Assembly (NCBI GenBank): GCA_023387985.1
Contig: JAEWHC010000005.1
Span: 519,008 to 583,007, forward strand
Source: Bacteroidota bacterium
GTDB taxonomy: Bacteria > Bacteroidota > Bacteroidia > Chitinophagales > Chitinophagaceae
DNA length: 64,000 bases
Direction: 5' to 3'
Positions 10,388 through 20,440 of this stretch are shown in pieces. Within the stretch, counting starts at the first letter, position 1, and each line of letters begins with the position of its first letter. The position numbers were made by a program, and so were the translations under genes. The notes below the pieces were generated by a model that had not been told where the DNA came from, ran no database searches, and was given only the letters and a program-made list of their open reading frames with translations.

Positions 10388-11098
10388 TTAGCTGCGTGGC
10401 CGCACCGTGCGTTGTTCGATGCGCTTTTCATATTGCCGGCCCTGAAAAATACGGTGCACATAAATACCGGGGGTATGTATTTCATTTGGGTCCAGGCTTC
10501 CTGCCGGAACAAGTTCTTCCACTTCCGCGATGGTCACTTTACCGGCCATGGCCATAACGGGGTTGAAATTTCTGGAAGTGAAGCGATAAATAAGATTTCC
10601 CTGGGTATCGCCTTTCCAGGCTTTAACCAGGGCAAAACCGGCTTCAAAAGCATATTCCAGCAAATACGCTTTTTCTTCTCCAAACATGGTGAATTTCCGG
10701 ATTTCTTTTCCTTCGGCCACTTCAGTACCAACACCGGCAGGGGTAAATATTGCCGGCATTCCGTAACCGGCAGCCATACAGCGCGTAGCAAGCGTTCCCT
10801 GCGGAATGAGTTCAACCTCCATTTCCCCGGAAAGCAACTGCCTTTCAAATTCGGCATTTTCGCCTACATAAGAGGCGATCATTTTTTTTATCTGCCGCTT
10901 TTTCAGCAATTGCCCAAGGCCAAAATCATCAACACCGGCATTATTGGATATGCAGGTAAGATCTGTTACCCCTTTTTCCACCAACGCAGCAATACAATTT
11001 TCCGGCAGTCCGCTTAAGCCAAATCCTCCAATCATTATGGTATTTCCATCCTGTATATCTTTCATGGCGGAGAGCGCATCGTCATATACTTTATTCAT
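10388..11098 (-). CDS. scoA: 3-oxoacid CoA-transferase subunit A
   Basis: GGFG, SNNAG, PQGTLA, RNFNP, HTPGIYV. Confidence 0.93.
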   Translation of the reverse strand: MNKVYDDALSAMKDIQDGNTIMIGGFGLSGLPENCIAALVEKGVTDLTCISNNAGVDDFGLGQLLKKRQIKKMIASYVGENAEFERQLLSGEMEVELIPQGTLATRCMAAGYGMPAIFTPAGVGTEVAEGKEIRKFTMFGEEKAYLLEYAFEAGFALVKAWKGDTQGNLIYRFTSRNFNPVMAMAGKVTIAEVEELVPAGSLDPNEIHTPGIYVHRIFQGRQYEKRIEQRTVRPRS

Positions 11099-11480
11099 AT
11101 TTCAATGGTGCGTTTAAGTTTGGATTTTCAGAACGTTCCTGGTATTGCTGCATTCGTTTCCTTTCGCTGTAGGCATCAAGGCTGTCAAGCAACAATTTCA
11201 TTTTCACCGGGCTGTTCTTGTAAATTTCAAAATTTTTATAAAAATCCTCCGGCTTAATTTTATGCATTGCAAAAACTTCAGCATAAAACCTTGCAGCGGC
11301 AGTATCTGAACTGTCTTTATAAGCCTGCTTTAAAAAACTTTCATTAAAAGAATCCATTTGGATCATGTCCCAAAGTACGAGTTTCATGTCATTTATTGAA
11401 AGCTGCCTGTAATTGGCGCGACAGGCAATAAAGGTTGCAATGACGAACAGCAGTGTAAAAAGCCGGACAAGTGTCTTCAC
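11091..11480 (-). CDS. DUF4296-like lipoprotein
   Basis: Lipobox FIAC; MKLVLWDM...D and small helical domain; overlaps both neighbours. Confidence 0.65.
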   Translation of the reverse strand: MKTLVRLFTLLFVIATFIACRANYRQLSINDMKLVLWDMIQMDSFNESFLKQAYKDSSDTAAARFYAEVFAMHKIKPEDFYKNFEIYKNSPVKMKLLLDSLDAYSERKRMQQYQERSENPNLNAPLKYE

Positions 11481-12421
11481 TGTTTCAGTTCCTCCTGGTA
11501 TTTTTTTGAATTGGTCATGTCCACCTTTTCCAGAATAGTTATGGCACGTTGCCGCAGATCCGGACTTGTTTTTTTGAGCATTCCAATCATTTCATCGGAG
11601 CGGCTTTGAAGGAAAAACTGCATGATCATGGTATTGGGATTGCTTTGCCCGAATTGGTTCAATTGATTTAATACATTCATCAATTCATTCTGTGCCATTC
11701 TCTCGTCCTCGTAATACTGATCAAGGCATTTACGGTAATAATTATAAATAATTTCCTGGAAAACCTGGTAACGGTTGTTGAGCAGGTTTTCGGTTAACCA
11801 ATACCGGTTGCGTTGGCCGTCAAATTGTGACCAGCCCGTAATATTCCTGGAAGAAGGAAACGCATTTACAATGGCATTGGCCTTTTTGAAAAACGGATCC
11901 CCGGATTTCATTCCAAAACTGCTGTAATCCATGCCCACAATTATATTGGCATAGTAGGCAAAAATTGCGACAAGGTTGTTTGCCAGGGCATCTCCACTCC
12001 CAAGCCGGCCTTCATTGTATTCCACAGGTTGAAATTCAACATACCTGAAGCGTACATCCTCATCCTGCCAGTTGATTAAAGGCGAGGTATAACTGCTGTT
12101 GTAAACGGGGCGGGCTGCCTGAACAATCAATGTGGCATTGTAAACATTGGCCTCTGTACCCTGGGGTTGCGAAAGGTTGAGGATGAAATTACACTGGATT
12201 CTTTCAGCAGGTTTATAGTTGTCTTCCGTCCATTTGCGGTTGTTCAACAGGTTCATCAAATGATTTTGCAAAGTGGTAAAGATCTTTTTGTCCACCTGCG
12301 ATGAAACCTGGTTGGACAAGACGGTAACTTTTGCATCAAGTTCCTGGCTGCTGCCCGAAAGGCCGGCAAACAAGAGCAAGGCAATCAATATACCCCTCCA
12401 ACCTGTTGATTTTTTATTCAT
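11477..12421 (-). CDS. porD: DUF4835 family protein (T9SS PorD-like)
   Basis: Signal peptide then QEL, RPVYNSSY.SP, AYYA, NRYWL; conserved position after coaBC. Confidence 0.75.
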   Translation of the reverse strand: MNKKSTGWRGILIALLLFAGLSGSSQELDAKVTVLSNQVSSQVDKKIFTTLQNHLMNLLNNRKWTEDNYKPAERIQCNFILNLSQPQGTEANVYNATLIVQAARPVYNSSYTSPLINWQDEDVRFRYVEFQPVEYNEGRLGSGDALANNLVAIFAYYANIIVGMDYSSFGMKSGDPFFKKANAIVNAFPSSRNITGWSQFDGQRNRYWLTENLLNNRYQVFQEIIYNYYRKCLDQYYEDERMAQNELMNVLNQLNQFGQSNPNTMIMQFFLQSRSDEMIGMLKKTSPDLRQRAITILEKVDMTNSKKYQEELKQ

Positions 12422-13610
12422 TGAGCTTTTGATAAATTCTTTCTACAATTCTTTTTGCAATATCGCTTTTGCTTTGCAGAGGCAGTTCGGTTGAGTCTCC
12501 GCTTGCTTCAAATATAACCACTTTGTTGGTGTCTGTGCCGAAGCCGGCTCCCTTATCTTCAAGAGAATTCAAAATGATCATGTCGGCTTTTTTCCTTTTC
12601 ATTTTTTCCTGCGCATTCTGCCGGCCGTTTTCAGTTTCCAGAGCAAAGCCGACCAAAAACTGACCCGATTTTTTATTTTCCCCGCACCAGGAAAGGATGT
12701 CCGGATTTTTGACCAGGTTAATGCTCAGTGCCAGGTCCCCTTTTTTTATTTTTTGAGTCGAGGGGGTTTCCGGCCGGTAGTCCGCCACTGCTGCAGCCAT
12801 TATCAGCACATTTGCTTCGCCATGGTTTTCTTTTACCGCTTCAAACATTTCTCTTGCACTTGTCACTCTTATGACAGCCATTCCATCGGGAACCGCTGCA
12901 GTACCCGGCCCCAAAATGAGTAAGGTTTCCGCGCCTGCCTGCATCAGTCCGGTGGCCAGGGCAATCCCCATTTTGCCGGAAGAGTGGTTACCAATAAAAC
13001 GCACCGGATCAATGGCTTCGTATGTAGGTCCCGCTGTAACAATCGCCTTTTTACCCGATAAGGTACCGGATACTTTGGAAATCAACTTCGTATTGAGAAA
13101 TTCATACAATTCCTCGGGTTCCTTCATTCTGCCTTCGCCAAATAAGCCGCTCGCCAGTTCCCCGCTTCCTACCGAAAGGACATTTACCCCATGACTGCGA
13201 AGCCTGTTCAGATTCTCATGGGTCGATGGATGTTTCCACATATCCTCGTCCATTGCGGGGGAAACCGCAACAGGACAAGCCGCGCTGAGGTAAACCGCTA
13301 GCAGAAGGTTATCACAAATGCCCGATGCCATTTTGGCAAGGGTATTACACGATGCTGGTGCAATCAGCATATAATCCGCCCATCTTCCCAGCATTACATG
13401 GTTGGCCCAGGTTGCAGCTTTACTGAGATCATACGAAACAGGATTTCTGCTCAGGGTTTCCAAAACCAGCGGACTTACAAACGCTGCGGCCGCAGGGGTC
13501 ATAACTACTTTTACTTCGGCTCCTGCCTTAATCAACATACGGACCAAAGAAATGGTTTTGTATGCGGCAATGCTCGCGGTGATCCCCAACAGGATTTTTT
13601 TTCCTTTCAT
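12414..13610 (-). CDS. coaBC: Phosphopantothenoylcysteine decarboxylase/ligase
   Basis: SIAAYK, PAMD, TAGPTYEAIDPVRFIGNHSSGKMG, AAVADY, VGFALET. Confidence 0.96.
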   Translation of the reverse strand: MKGKKILLGITASIAAYKTISLVRMLIKAGAEVKVVMTPAAAAFVSPLVLETLSRNPVSYDLSKAATWANHVMLGRWADYMLIAPASCNTLAKMASGICDNLLLAVYLSAACPVAVSPAMDEDMWKHPSTHENLNRLRSHGVNVLSVGSGELASGLFGEGRMKEPEELYEFLNTKLISKVSGTLSGKKAIVTAGPTYEAIDPVRFIGNHSSGKMGIALATGLMQAGAETLLILGPGTAAVPDGMAVIRVTSAREMFEAVKENHGEANVLIMAAAVADYRPETPSTQKIKKGDLALSINLVKNPDILSWCGENKKSGQFLVGFALETENGRQNAQEKMKRKKADMIILNSLEDKGAGFGTDTNKVVIFEASGDSTELPLQSKSDIAKRIVERIYQKLNE

Positions 13611-13638
13611 GATCAATGGATATGTACACAAAATAACA

Positions 13639-13665
13639 AACGGTGATGTATTTCACATCACCGTT
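13639..13665 (-). terminator. Perfect 11-bp hairpin after rpoZ (terminator-like)
   Basis: AACGGTGATGT-atttc-ACATCACCGTT; T-rich tail on the minus strand. Confidence 0.55.
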
Positions 13666-13695
13666 CGCTGAAATCAGGTATTTACCGGCAAAAGC

Positions 13696-14037
13696 TTAAC
13701 CAAACAGATCCTGGTCATTTTGACGATAATAGATTTTGTCATCCAGAAATTCCTGGGTGGCGAGCAATGACGGGTTTGGCATCCGTTCATAGGCTTTTGA
13801 AATTTCAATCTGCTCTTTATTTTCCAGAATTTCTTCAAGACTATCCGTATGCGAAGCAAATTCCTCCAATTTATTGTGAAGTTCCTCACGAATGGATATA
13901 TTAATTTGGTTGGCCCTTTTTGCAATAATTGCAATGGACTCATAAAGATTTCCAGTTTTTGCCTTTATTTCCAGGAGATTTTTGGTTTCAAGAATATTGG
14001 GGGTGCTACCCACCATTTGTCTGCGCAGTTTGCTCAT
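13696..14037 (-). CDS. rpoZ: RNA polymerase omega subunit (Bacteroidota type)
   Basis: TGNLYESIAIIAKRANQI, EQIEISK.YE.MP.P; between bamD and coaBC. Confidence 0.9.
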   Translation of the reverse strand: MSKLRRQMVGSTPNILETKNLLEIKAKTGNLYESIAIIAKRANQINISIREELHNKLEEFASHTDSLEEILENKEQIEISKAYERMPNPSLLATQEFLDDKIYYRQNDQDLFG

Positions 14038-14824
14038 TTTTAATTCGGTTTATATTTTTTTCTGTATCGGCCCTGATCTTGTCTACTTCTGCCACCAGCT
14101 TGCTTTCCGGAAACCGGTCAGAAAAATCGGCCGCTTCGTTTAAAACGGTCTCAAACCTTTCTTCCTGAAGATTTTCAAGACTATTGGCTGCAAATTTATA
14201 AAAAGATTCAATAACTTTCAGTTTATAGTAATCGCCACGGTCAGAATCGGGGAAATTGAACATCAATTCATTAAAGGCAGTGGCTGCTGCCCGGTAATAA
14301 CCGAGGTTGTAATAAAGTTCCGCGCTTTTAAAATCCTTCGTTTCCAGTTTTCCCCTTAATTCATCGAGCAGGCGTTCCGCTTCCTTTCCCCGGTCGCTGT
14401 TAGGATGGCCGTTGATGAAGGTTTGCAAAAAGGTGATTGCTCTTGTGGTATTTGTTTGATCCAGCTCAGGCTTGGGAGACATTTTATACAAGGAATACGC
14501 CCTCATATATTCCATCTCTTCCGCGAATTTGCTTTGCGGAAAACGTTCGAGGAAAGTTTTAAAGATATTCTCCGCATTGAGGTAATCTTTCTGATAAAAG
14601 GTGGAATAAGCCCATTTATAATAAACTTCCTCATACTGTGGTGTACCGCTTAAAACGGGCATCACATCCTCGTACAACGTTTGTGCCTTTACATACTTTT
14701 TATCAGCAAAGAATTCATCTGCTTTTTTCAGCTTCAGGTTATAATCCGTGCTTTTCAGCAATTTATTATACCCGTTGCAGGCAGTGAGCCCAAATACCAA
14801 AACAACTATCCAGATTTTCTTCAT
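14006..14824 (-). CDS. bamD: Outer membrane protein assembly factor BamD
   Basis: Lipobox LTAC, TPR repeats, LDQT.T motif, conserved synteny. Confidence 0.9.
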   Translation of the reverse strand: MKKIWIVVLVFGLTACNGYNKLLKSTDYNLKLKKADEFFADKKYVKAQTLYEDVMPVLSGTPQYEEVYYKWAYSTFYQKDYLNAENIFKTFLERFPQSKFAEEMEYMRAYSLYKMSPKPELDQTNTTRAITFLQTFINGHPNSDRGKEAERLLDELRGKLETKDFKSAELYYNLGYYRAAATAFNELMFNFPDSDRGDYYKLKVIESFYKFAANSLENLQEERFETVLNEAADFSDRFPESKLVAEVDKIRADTEKNINRIKNEQTAQTNGG

Positions 14825-14925
14825 ACGCAATTGAAGCTGCCCTTTTTGAGAACGGCGAATTTCCTTCATTCTGCAAGAATACTGTGCCATTAAAAAGTTA
14901 ATCTGTGTACAAACCTGGGTTTGCT

Positions 14926-14953
14926 AAAAAAGCCCCACCGAAAGCGGCAGGGC
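14926..14953 (-). terminator. Rho-independent terminator after the ompA pair
   Basis: Minus strand GCCCTGCCG-CTTT-CGGTGGGGC followed by a T-run. Confidence 0.7.
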
Positions 14954-14978
14954 CATGATTATGCAAAAAGTCACCGTA

Positions 14979-15830
14979 CTATCTTGTTCTTTGCAGGTGC
15001 GGGTGAGGGGCGGGCACCATGTTGGTTCCACCTTCCTGATCTGTGCAATCTTGCAGGTCAACTACATTACCATCTCCCATTTCGCCATATTTGAATACGA
15101 AACGATCTCTGCTGATGTTTTGTCTTTCAACCATGTAGTTGATAACCGCGTTAACACGATCCCAGCTCAATTGCTGCTCGCGCTTGCTTGCGCCACCATA
15201 ACCCACTACGCAAATGCGGCAATCGGGGTTAGCCATAATTTGAGCGGCAGCTGCATCCAGCGCTGCTCTTGCACTTGCGCTGAAAGTAACGCTGTTGGCA
15301 GCGAAGCTTACGCTTGGTAGATTACCAATTCCGCAACCAGGCTTGATGTTTTTGCAGCACTCCGGATCCGGGCATTTTCCAATACCATCGGCATCTACAG
15401 GCTGGCAAATTGTTGGGGTAATCAGTTCCTTATCGCGGCAGTCCGGAACACCGTCGCCATCTGTATCCAGGCTTCTGCCTCTTGTATCAACAGGGCATCC
15501 GGCCGGAGTATTGGGCTCCAGGTCAAACTGATCGATAACACCATCGCCATCAGAATCATCCAACACGGGTTTGGGGAATTTCATAACGGAAGGAACGCTT
15601 ACTTCGCTATAGAGGTATCCAAGCGGATTGTACCACCACAATGGGGCAACTTTTGTATCGCTGGAACCGGTTTTTCTTTTATACTCATCGGAGTTGGGAG
15701 CTGCGTTATGTCCGGCATAAACACCGCGGTTATTACCACTGGCCCACTGAACTTCCGGAGTTTGAGCTGTTGCTGACAATGACATACTTAAGGTCATTGC
15801 AGCCAGAACAAAATATTTAATGTTTTTCAT
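14979..15830 (-). CDS. Exported OmpA C-terminal-like protein with thrombospondin type-3 repeats, no barrel
   Basis: Sec signal ending ATA-Q; PLWWYNPL; DSDGDGV and DTDGDGVPD repeats; Cys-rich linker; LPSVSF...LSWDRVNAVINY. Confidence 0.85.
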   Translation of the reverse strand: MKNIKYFVLAAMTLSMSLSATAQTPEVQWASGNNRGVYAGHNAAPNSDEYKRKTGSSDTKVAPLWWYNPLGYLYSEVSVPSVMKFPKPVLDDSDGDGVIDQFDLEPNTPAGCPVDTRGRSLDTDGDGVPDCRDKELITPTICQPVDADGIGKCPDPECCKNIKPGCGIGNLPSVSFAANSVTFSASARAALDAAAAQIMANPDCRICVVGYGGASKREQQLSWDRVNAVINYMVERQNISRDRFVFKYGEMGDGNVVDLQDCTDQEGGTNMVPAPHPHLQRTR

Positions 15831-15889
15831 ATACTTTTCAATTATTTTTTCGATAATAGTTTTTTGAGTATCCACCTATTCTCGAAGGT

Positions 15890-16822
15890 TTAGAAGTTGA
15901 AGTTAAGACCAACGTTTGTAAAAAAGAAGTTGTCTTTCTCAGGTGTGAGCGCACCAGCCTCACCCAGGTACCAGCCATCAATGTAGTCATCCGGGGTTTT
16001 GGTGTATTTCGCTTCAAGTGAGAGCGACATTCTCGGAGCAAGACGGAATTCCAGGCCACCACCAAAAGTGTAGGCGTGACGCCATTGCCATGCATCTCTT
16101 TCTTCATTGCCAAAGTTTCCACGACGGTCATTCACCATTGCCGGAGTTTCATAAGTACCATCAAATCCGTTCGCGTCATTTTTCAGGAAATCACGAATGT
16201 CTTTACGGCTTTGATCGAAGAATGATGTGGGATTGCTGATTCTTTGATCCCAGTTATAAACAGCTTTATTGGCGTCCTGCAGGTCCATCATGGTTTTATA
16301 AGCAAAAGGGCTGTAGCCAAGGAAGAGGTAAGCATTTACTTTACTGTTTGCACGATGGAACATTATGTTATTAATGGAAAAAATCATATCCAGTGAACTC
16401 ATAATAAGTTCGGTACGATGGTTCGCGATAAAATACGGAACACCGGCAATGGCTGGATTGTTATAGGTATATCCATTCGGACGGTAGTCCAGGCCCTTAT
16501 TGATTCCGTAAGCCAGAGAACCTCTTAATGAAACGGTATAGCCGAGAGCCTTACGAACAGAAGCACCAACTTGCCATCCGGGCAGCGGAGGAGTATCTCC
16601 ATCCAAAAGGCTCATTCCACCAAAAATTGACCATTGGGCCATGTGACGGGGAACCGGGGGAAAGGGGTGTTGATTGTTTTTCCACTCATTGAACTGAGGG
16701 AGCTTTTTCTCGCTAATCTTGGTAGAATCGTGATAATTGAGAATTCCACCAAGCTGGCTATATCCGGCTGTAACGCCAAAAATGATCATAGCCATTAACA
16801 GTGTAAACTTTTTGCTTGCCAT
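15890..16822 (-). CDS. Outer membrane beta-barrel protein (OmpA N-terminal-like)
   Basis: Signal peptide, amphipathic strands, DDYIDG, C-terminal VGLNFNF beta-signal. Confidence 0.8.
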   Translation of the reverse strand: MASKKFTLLMAMIIFGVTAGYSQLGGILNYHDSTKISEKKLPQFNEWKNNQHPFPPVPRHMAQWSIFGGMSLLDGDTPPLPGWQVGASVRKALGYTVSLRGSLAYGINKGLDYRPNGYTYNNPAIAGVPYFIANHRTELIMSSLDMIFSINNIMFHRANSKVNAYLFLGYSPFAYKTMMDLQDANKAVYNWDQRISNPTSFFDQSRKDIRDFLKNDANGFDGTYETPAMVNDRRGNFGNEERDAWQWRHAYTFGGGLEFRLAPRMSLSLEAKYTKTPDDYIDGWYLGEAGALTPEKDNFFFTNVGLNFNF

Positions 16823-16863
16823 AAAATGATTAATTGTGATTATTAAATTCTGCGTAATCAGAG

Positions 16864-16894
16864 CAAAAATAAAGCCTGAATTGATATTAACAAA
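16864..16894 (-). promoter_or_regulatory. Consensus Bacteroidota -33/-7 promoter of the ompA pair
   Basis: Minus strand TTTG, 19-nt spacer, TATTTTTG. Confidence 0.7.
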
Positions 16895-17004
16895 CAAAAT
16901 TGTGAATGAATCACTAGGAAAATCATAAGAATCCAATGCCTTCCACAAAAAATCAATGAAACAATTGGTAAAATTTGCTCTTATTTTGCCGCCAAAGCAA
17001 GAGA

Positions 17005-17967
17005 TTGGCCAAACTTTCACCCATAATTGACCGAGAACTAAAAGTCTTTGAACAAAAGTTTAAGGCTTCACTAAAGAGTAAGGCTCCCCTGCTCGACCGT
17101 ATTACCCATTATGTGGTAAACCGGAAAGGCAAACAACTCCGCCCACGCTTTGTATTGCTTTGCGCCCGCCTTTTTGGCGAAATAAATGAGCATTCATACC
17201 GTGCGGCCTCACTGGTAGAGCTTGTACATACCGCGACCCTGGTACATGATGATGTGGTGGATGATAGCTTTGAACGCCGTGGCTTTTTTTCAATTAATGC
17301 ACTTTGGAAAAATAAGATTGCCGTATTGGTTGGCGATTTTCTTCTGACCAAGGGTTTATTGCTTTCATTGGAAAATGACGATTTTGAAGCGTTACGCATT
17401 CTTACCGAAGCGGTAAAATTGATGAGTGAAGGCGAACTTTTGCAAATCGAAAAAGCCCGGAAACTTAACCTGGATGAAGATATTTATCTCGAAATCATTC
17501 GGAGCAAAACGGCTTCTTTACTGGCATCGGCTTGTGCAGTGGGTGCATGGAGCACTACCCACGACAAAGTAAAAACAGATAAAATCAGGCAGTTTGGTGA
17601 AATGGTGGGTATGGCTTTTCAAATGAAGGATGACCTTTTTGATTATGGCAAAGCTGATGTAGGAAAGCCTACCGGTAATGACATTAAAGAACAAAAATTA
17701 ACCCTGCCGCTGATATACGCCATAAACAATGCCTCTCCTGATCTGCGCAAGCAAATGATTTATACCTTGAAAAATGAAAATACGCTTCCGGAAAAGGTTA
17801 ATTGGCTTATCGAAGAAGTCCAGAAAGCCGGAGGAATAAAATATGCCGAGGAAAAAATGACGGAATATGCCCGGAAAGCAGCAGAGATCCTGGATGAATT
17901 TGGCCCTTCTGATACCCGCGATGCCCTGATGGAGCTTGTAAATTTTACTACACAAAGAACTTATTGA
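17005..17967 (+). CDS. Polyprenyl diphosphate synthase (IspB-like)
   Basis: GKQLRP, LVHDDVVD..RRG, FQMKDD; probable TTG start. Confidence 0.92.
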   Translation: MAKLSPIIDRELKVFEQKFKASLKSKAPLLDRITHYVVNRKGKQLRPRFVLLCARLFGEINEHSYRAASLVELVHTATLVHDDVVDDSFERRGFFSINALWKNKIAVLVGDFLLTKGLLLSLENDDFEALRILTEAVKLMSEGELLQIEKARKLNLDEDIYLEIIRSKTASLLASACAVGAWSTTHDKVKTDKIRQFGEMVGMAFQMKDDLFDYGKADVGKPTGNDIKEQKLTLPLIYAINNASPDLRKQMIYTLKNENTLPEKVNWLIEEVQKAGGIKYAEEKMTEYARKAAEILDEFGPSDTRDALMELVNFTTQRTY

Positions 17968-17998
17968 TAAATTTTCCGTTTATTCGCCGTCAGGCGAT

Positions 17999-19717
17999 AT
18001 GGATAAAAGATGGAAAATACTAACTGCAGATAACCAGCAAATAACCGGTCTCAGACAGGAATTGCGCATACACCCGGTATTGTGTAAAATTTTGGTGCAA
18101 AGAGGAGCCGGGGATTTTGAAAAAGCAAAATCTTATTTCAGGCCATCGCTCAGCGAATTGCATGATCCATTTCTGATGAAGGGGATGCATAAAGCGGTGG
18201 AGCGTTTACAACAGGCTTTTAATTGCAATGAAAAAATTTTGGTGTACGGCGATTATGATGTGGATGGCACTACAAGCGTTTCCTGCATGCACATGTTTCT
18301 TTCTTCGCTTCATCCGCATGTAGATTTTTATATCCCTCACCGTTACCATGAAGGTTATGGCGTAAGCCGCCGGGGAATTGATCATGCCATTTCCAGCGGC
18401 TGCAAACTGATCGTTGCGCTGGATTGCGGCATCAAAGCCTTGGAATTGGTAAAGTATGCAAAAGAAAACGGGATTGATTTTATCATCTGCGATCATCATA
18501 TGCCGGATGCAAATTTGCCGGAAGCGGTAGCCATTCTCAATGCCAAACAAAAAGATTGTTTATATCCTTATAAAGAATTATGCGGTTGCGGTGTTGGCTT
18601 AAAGCTGATCCAGGCTGTATGCAAAACCTTAAGCCTGCCTGAGGAAAAATGGTCACGGTATCTCGACCTTGTGGCCACAGCTATCGCTGCGGATATTGTG
18701 CCTATGACAGGTGAAAACCGTATCCTCACCTATTTTGGACTTCAGCAGGTTAATATAAATCCTTCAACAGGCATTAAGGCGCTTATGGATCTTAGCGGAT
18801 TGCAATCTCCTGTGCAGGTGAATAACCTGGTTTTTGTAATAGCGCCAAGGGTAAATGCGGCAGGCAGAATGGACGATGCCCGCAAGGCGGTGGAAATGTT
18901 TATCGAGCCGGATTATGAAAAGGCCAAAGAACTCGCCAAATTGCTGCATGATGACAATAAAGACCGTAAGGAAACAGACCTCACCATTACAGAAGAGGCA
19001 CTCGCCATGGTGACCGATGACCCGGAACAGCACTCTAAAAAAACAACAGTACTTTATCAGCAGCATTGGCATAAAGGCGTTGTAGGCATTGTGGCAAGCC
19101 GGATGATCGACAAGTTTTACCGGCCAACCATTATTCTTACCGATAGTGGCGAAAAAATTTCGGGCTCTGCAAGAAGCGTTTTGAATTTCAATATTTATGA
19201 AGCCCTTCATTCCTGCAGCCATTTGCTCGACAACTATGGTGGCCATTTTTACGCCGCCGGCTTAACCATTAAAAAGGAAAACCTAGAAGCTTTTTGCCGT
19301 GAATTTGAAGAAGTGGTGAATGCCACCATAACCGAAGAAATGCTGATTCCGGAGATTACCATTGATGCCGAAGTGGCTTTTGATGACCTCAATGAAAAAT
19401 TTTACAACATCCTCATGCAAATGGAACCTTATGGTCCTGAAAACCTCAGGCCGGTATTCATTACCCGCAATGTTTACGAAAATGGCTTTTCAAAGATCGT
19501 GAAGGAACACCACGTAAAATTCAGTCTCAAACAAGGGGCTACAGTTATGGAGGGCATTGGATTTGGGATGGCAGGAAAATTCAACCTGCTACAACCCAAT
19601 GTGCCACTGGATGTGGTATATACCCTTGACTTAAATACATGGAACGGTATCAGCAGACTTCAATTGCGGGTGCTGGATATCAAGACCTCAGATGAAACCA
19701 ATTTCATTTATTCATGA
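17999..19717 (+). CDS. recJ: ssDNA-specific exonuclease RecJ
   Basis: GDYDVDG, DCG, DHH, PRVNAAGR, GSARS, GGH. Confidence 0.96.
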   Translation: MDKRWKILTADNQQITGLRQELRIHPVLCKILVQRGAGDFEKAKSYFRPSLSELHDPFLMKGMHKAVERLQQAFNCNEKILVYGDYDVDGTTSVSCMHMFLSSLHPHVDFYIPHRYHEGYGVSRRGIDHAISSGCKLIVALDCGIKALELVKYAKENGIDFIICDHHMPDANLPEAVAILNAKQKDCLYPYKELCGCGVGLKLIQAVCKTLSLPEEKWSRYLDLVATAIAADIVPMTGENRILTYFGLQQVNINPSTGIKALMDLSGLQSPVQVNNLVFVIAPRVNAAGRMDDARKAVEMFIEPDYEKAKELAKLLHDDNKDRKETDLTITEEALAMVTDDPEQHSKKTTVLYQQHWHKGVVGIVASRMIDKFYRPTIILTDSGEKISGSARSVLNFNIYEALHSCSHLLDNYGGHFYAAGLTIKKENLEAFCREFEEVVNATITEEMLIPEITIDAEVAFDDLNEKFYNILMQMEPYGPENLRPVFITRNVYENGFSKIVKEHHVKFSLKQGATVMEGIGFGMAGKFNLLQPNVPLDVVYTLDLNTWNGISRLQLRVLDIKTSDETNFIYS

Positions 19718-20391
19718 ACTGGCGCAACTACCTGGATTATTTCTGGTTTATTGCATGGAACTGGAATCTTCCCCTTGCTATTTTTCTCATAAGAAATGAA
19801 ATAAACGGAGAAAAAAAATACGACTCTTCTACCCTTTCCATCGACAACCTGGAAAAAGAAATAGATCCGGATATTTTACCGGACACCAGCATTTATCAGC
19901 CTGTAAGTTTTTATGCGGCGGAACGATTGCTCGCTTTTATTGATCATCCTGAAAAAAGTACCGGATTCCTGGATGTGGGTTGCGGGCGGGGAAGGGCGCT
20001 GCAAATGGCCGCATATTTTGGATTCCGAAAATTATTTGGCCTGGATATCGTCCCTTACCTGCTGGAGGATTCAAAATATGCAGCCGGGAAAATTAGCAAT
20101 AAATACCCGGATGTCGAAGTTACGCTGATTCATGGGAATGCCGCTCTCTACAAGGTTCCTCATTCCATTGATACGATTTTTCTCTTTAATCCATTTAAAG
20201 GGTTGCTGATGAATTCTTTTATATTGAGGGTAAAAGAAAGCCTTATTGAAAAGCCCAGAAAAATGACTTTACTGTATGCCAACCCCGTATGCAAAGAAAT
20301 TTGGATGAACGCGGGATTTGAGGAAATCATGCATTTCAAAAAAATGAAATATATAGAAGGCGCTGTATTGGTCTATGACCCAGAAAAATAA
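19714..20391 (+). CDS. Class I SAM-dependent methyltransferase
   Basis: FLDVGCGRGR motif I, FLFNPF; ATGA overlap with recJ. Confidence 0.85.
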   Translation: MNWRNYLDYFWFIAWNWNLPLAIFLIRNEINGEKKYDSSTLSIDNLEKEIDPDILPDTSIYQPVSFYAAERLLAFIDHPEKSTGFLDVGCGRGRALQMAAYFGFRKLFGLDIVPYLLEDSKYAAGKISNKYPDVEVTLIHGNAALYKVPHSIDTIFLFNPFKGLLMNSFILRVKESLIEKPRKMTLLYANPVCKEIWMNAGFEEIMHFKKMKYIEGAVLVYDPEK

Positions 20392-20419
20392 AACCGGGTT
20401 TATTGCTAAACCCGGTTTT
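20390..20419. terminator. Bidirectional terminator between convergent genes
   Basis: AAAACCGGGTTTA-ttgc-TAAACCCGGTTTT. Confidence 0.8.
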
Positions 20420-20440
20420 GAATATGCGATTTTCCAACAA

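Noticed and set aside
14006..14037. 32-nt bamD/rpoZ overlap
   Set aside because: Within a conserved operon; the extra BamD tail is most simply a stop-codon shift.
15830..15890. Split ompA as a pseudogene or sequencing frameshift
   Set aside because: The downstream half has an intact new signal peptide and the barrel ends in a proper terminal Phe; a point error would not produce both.
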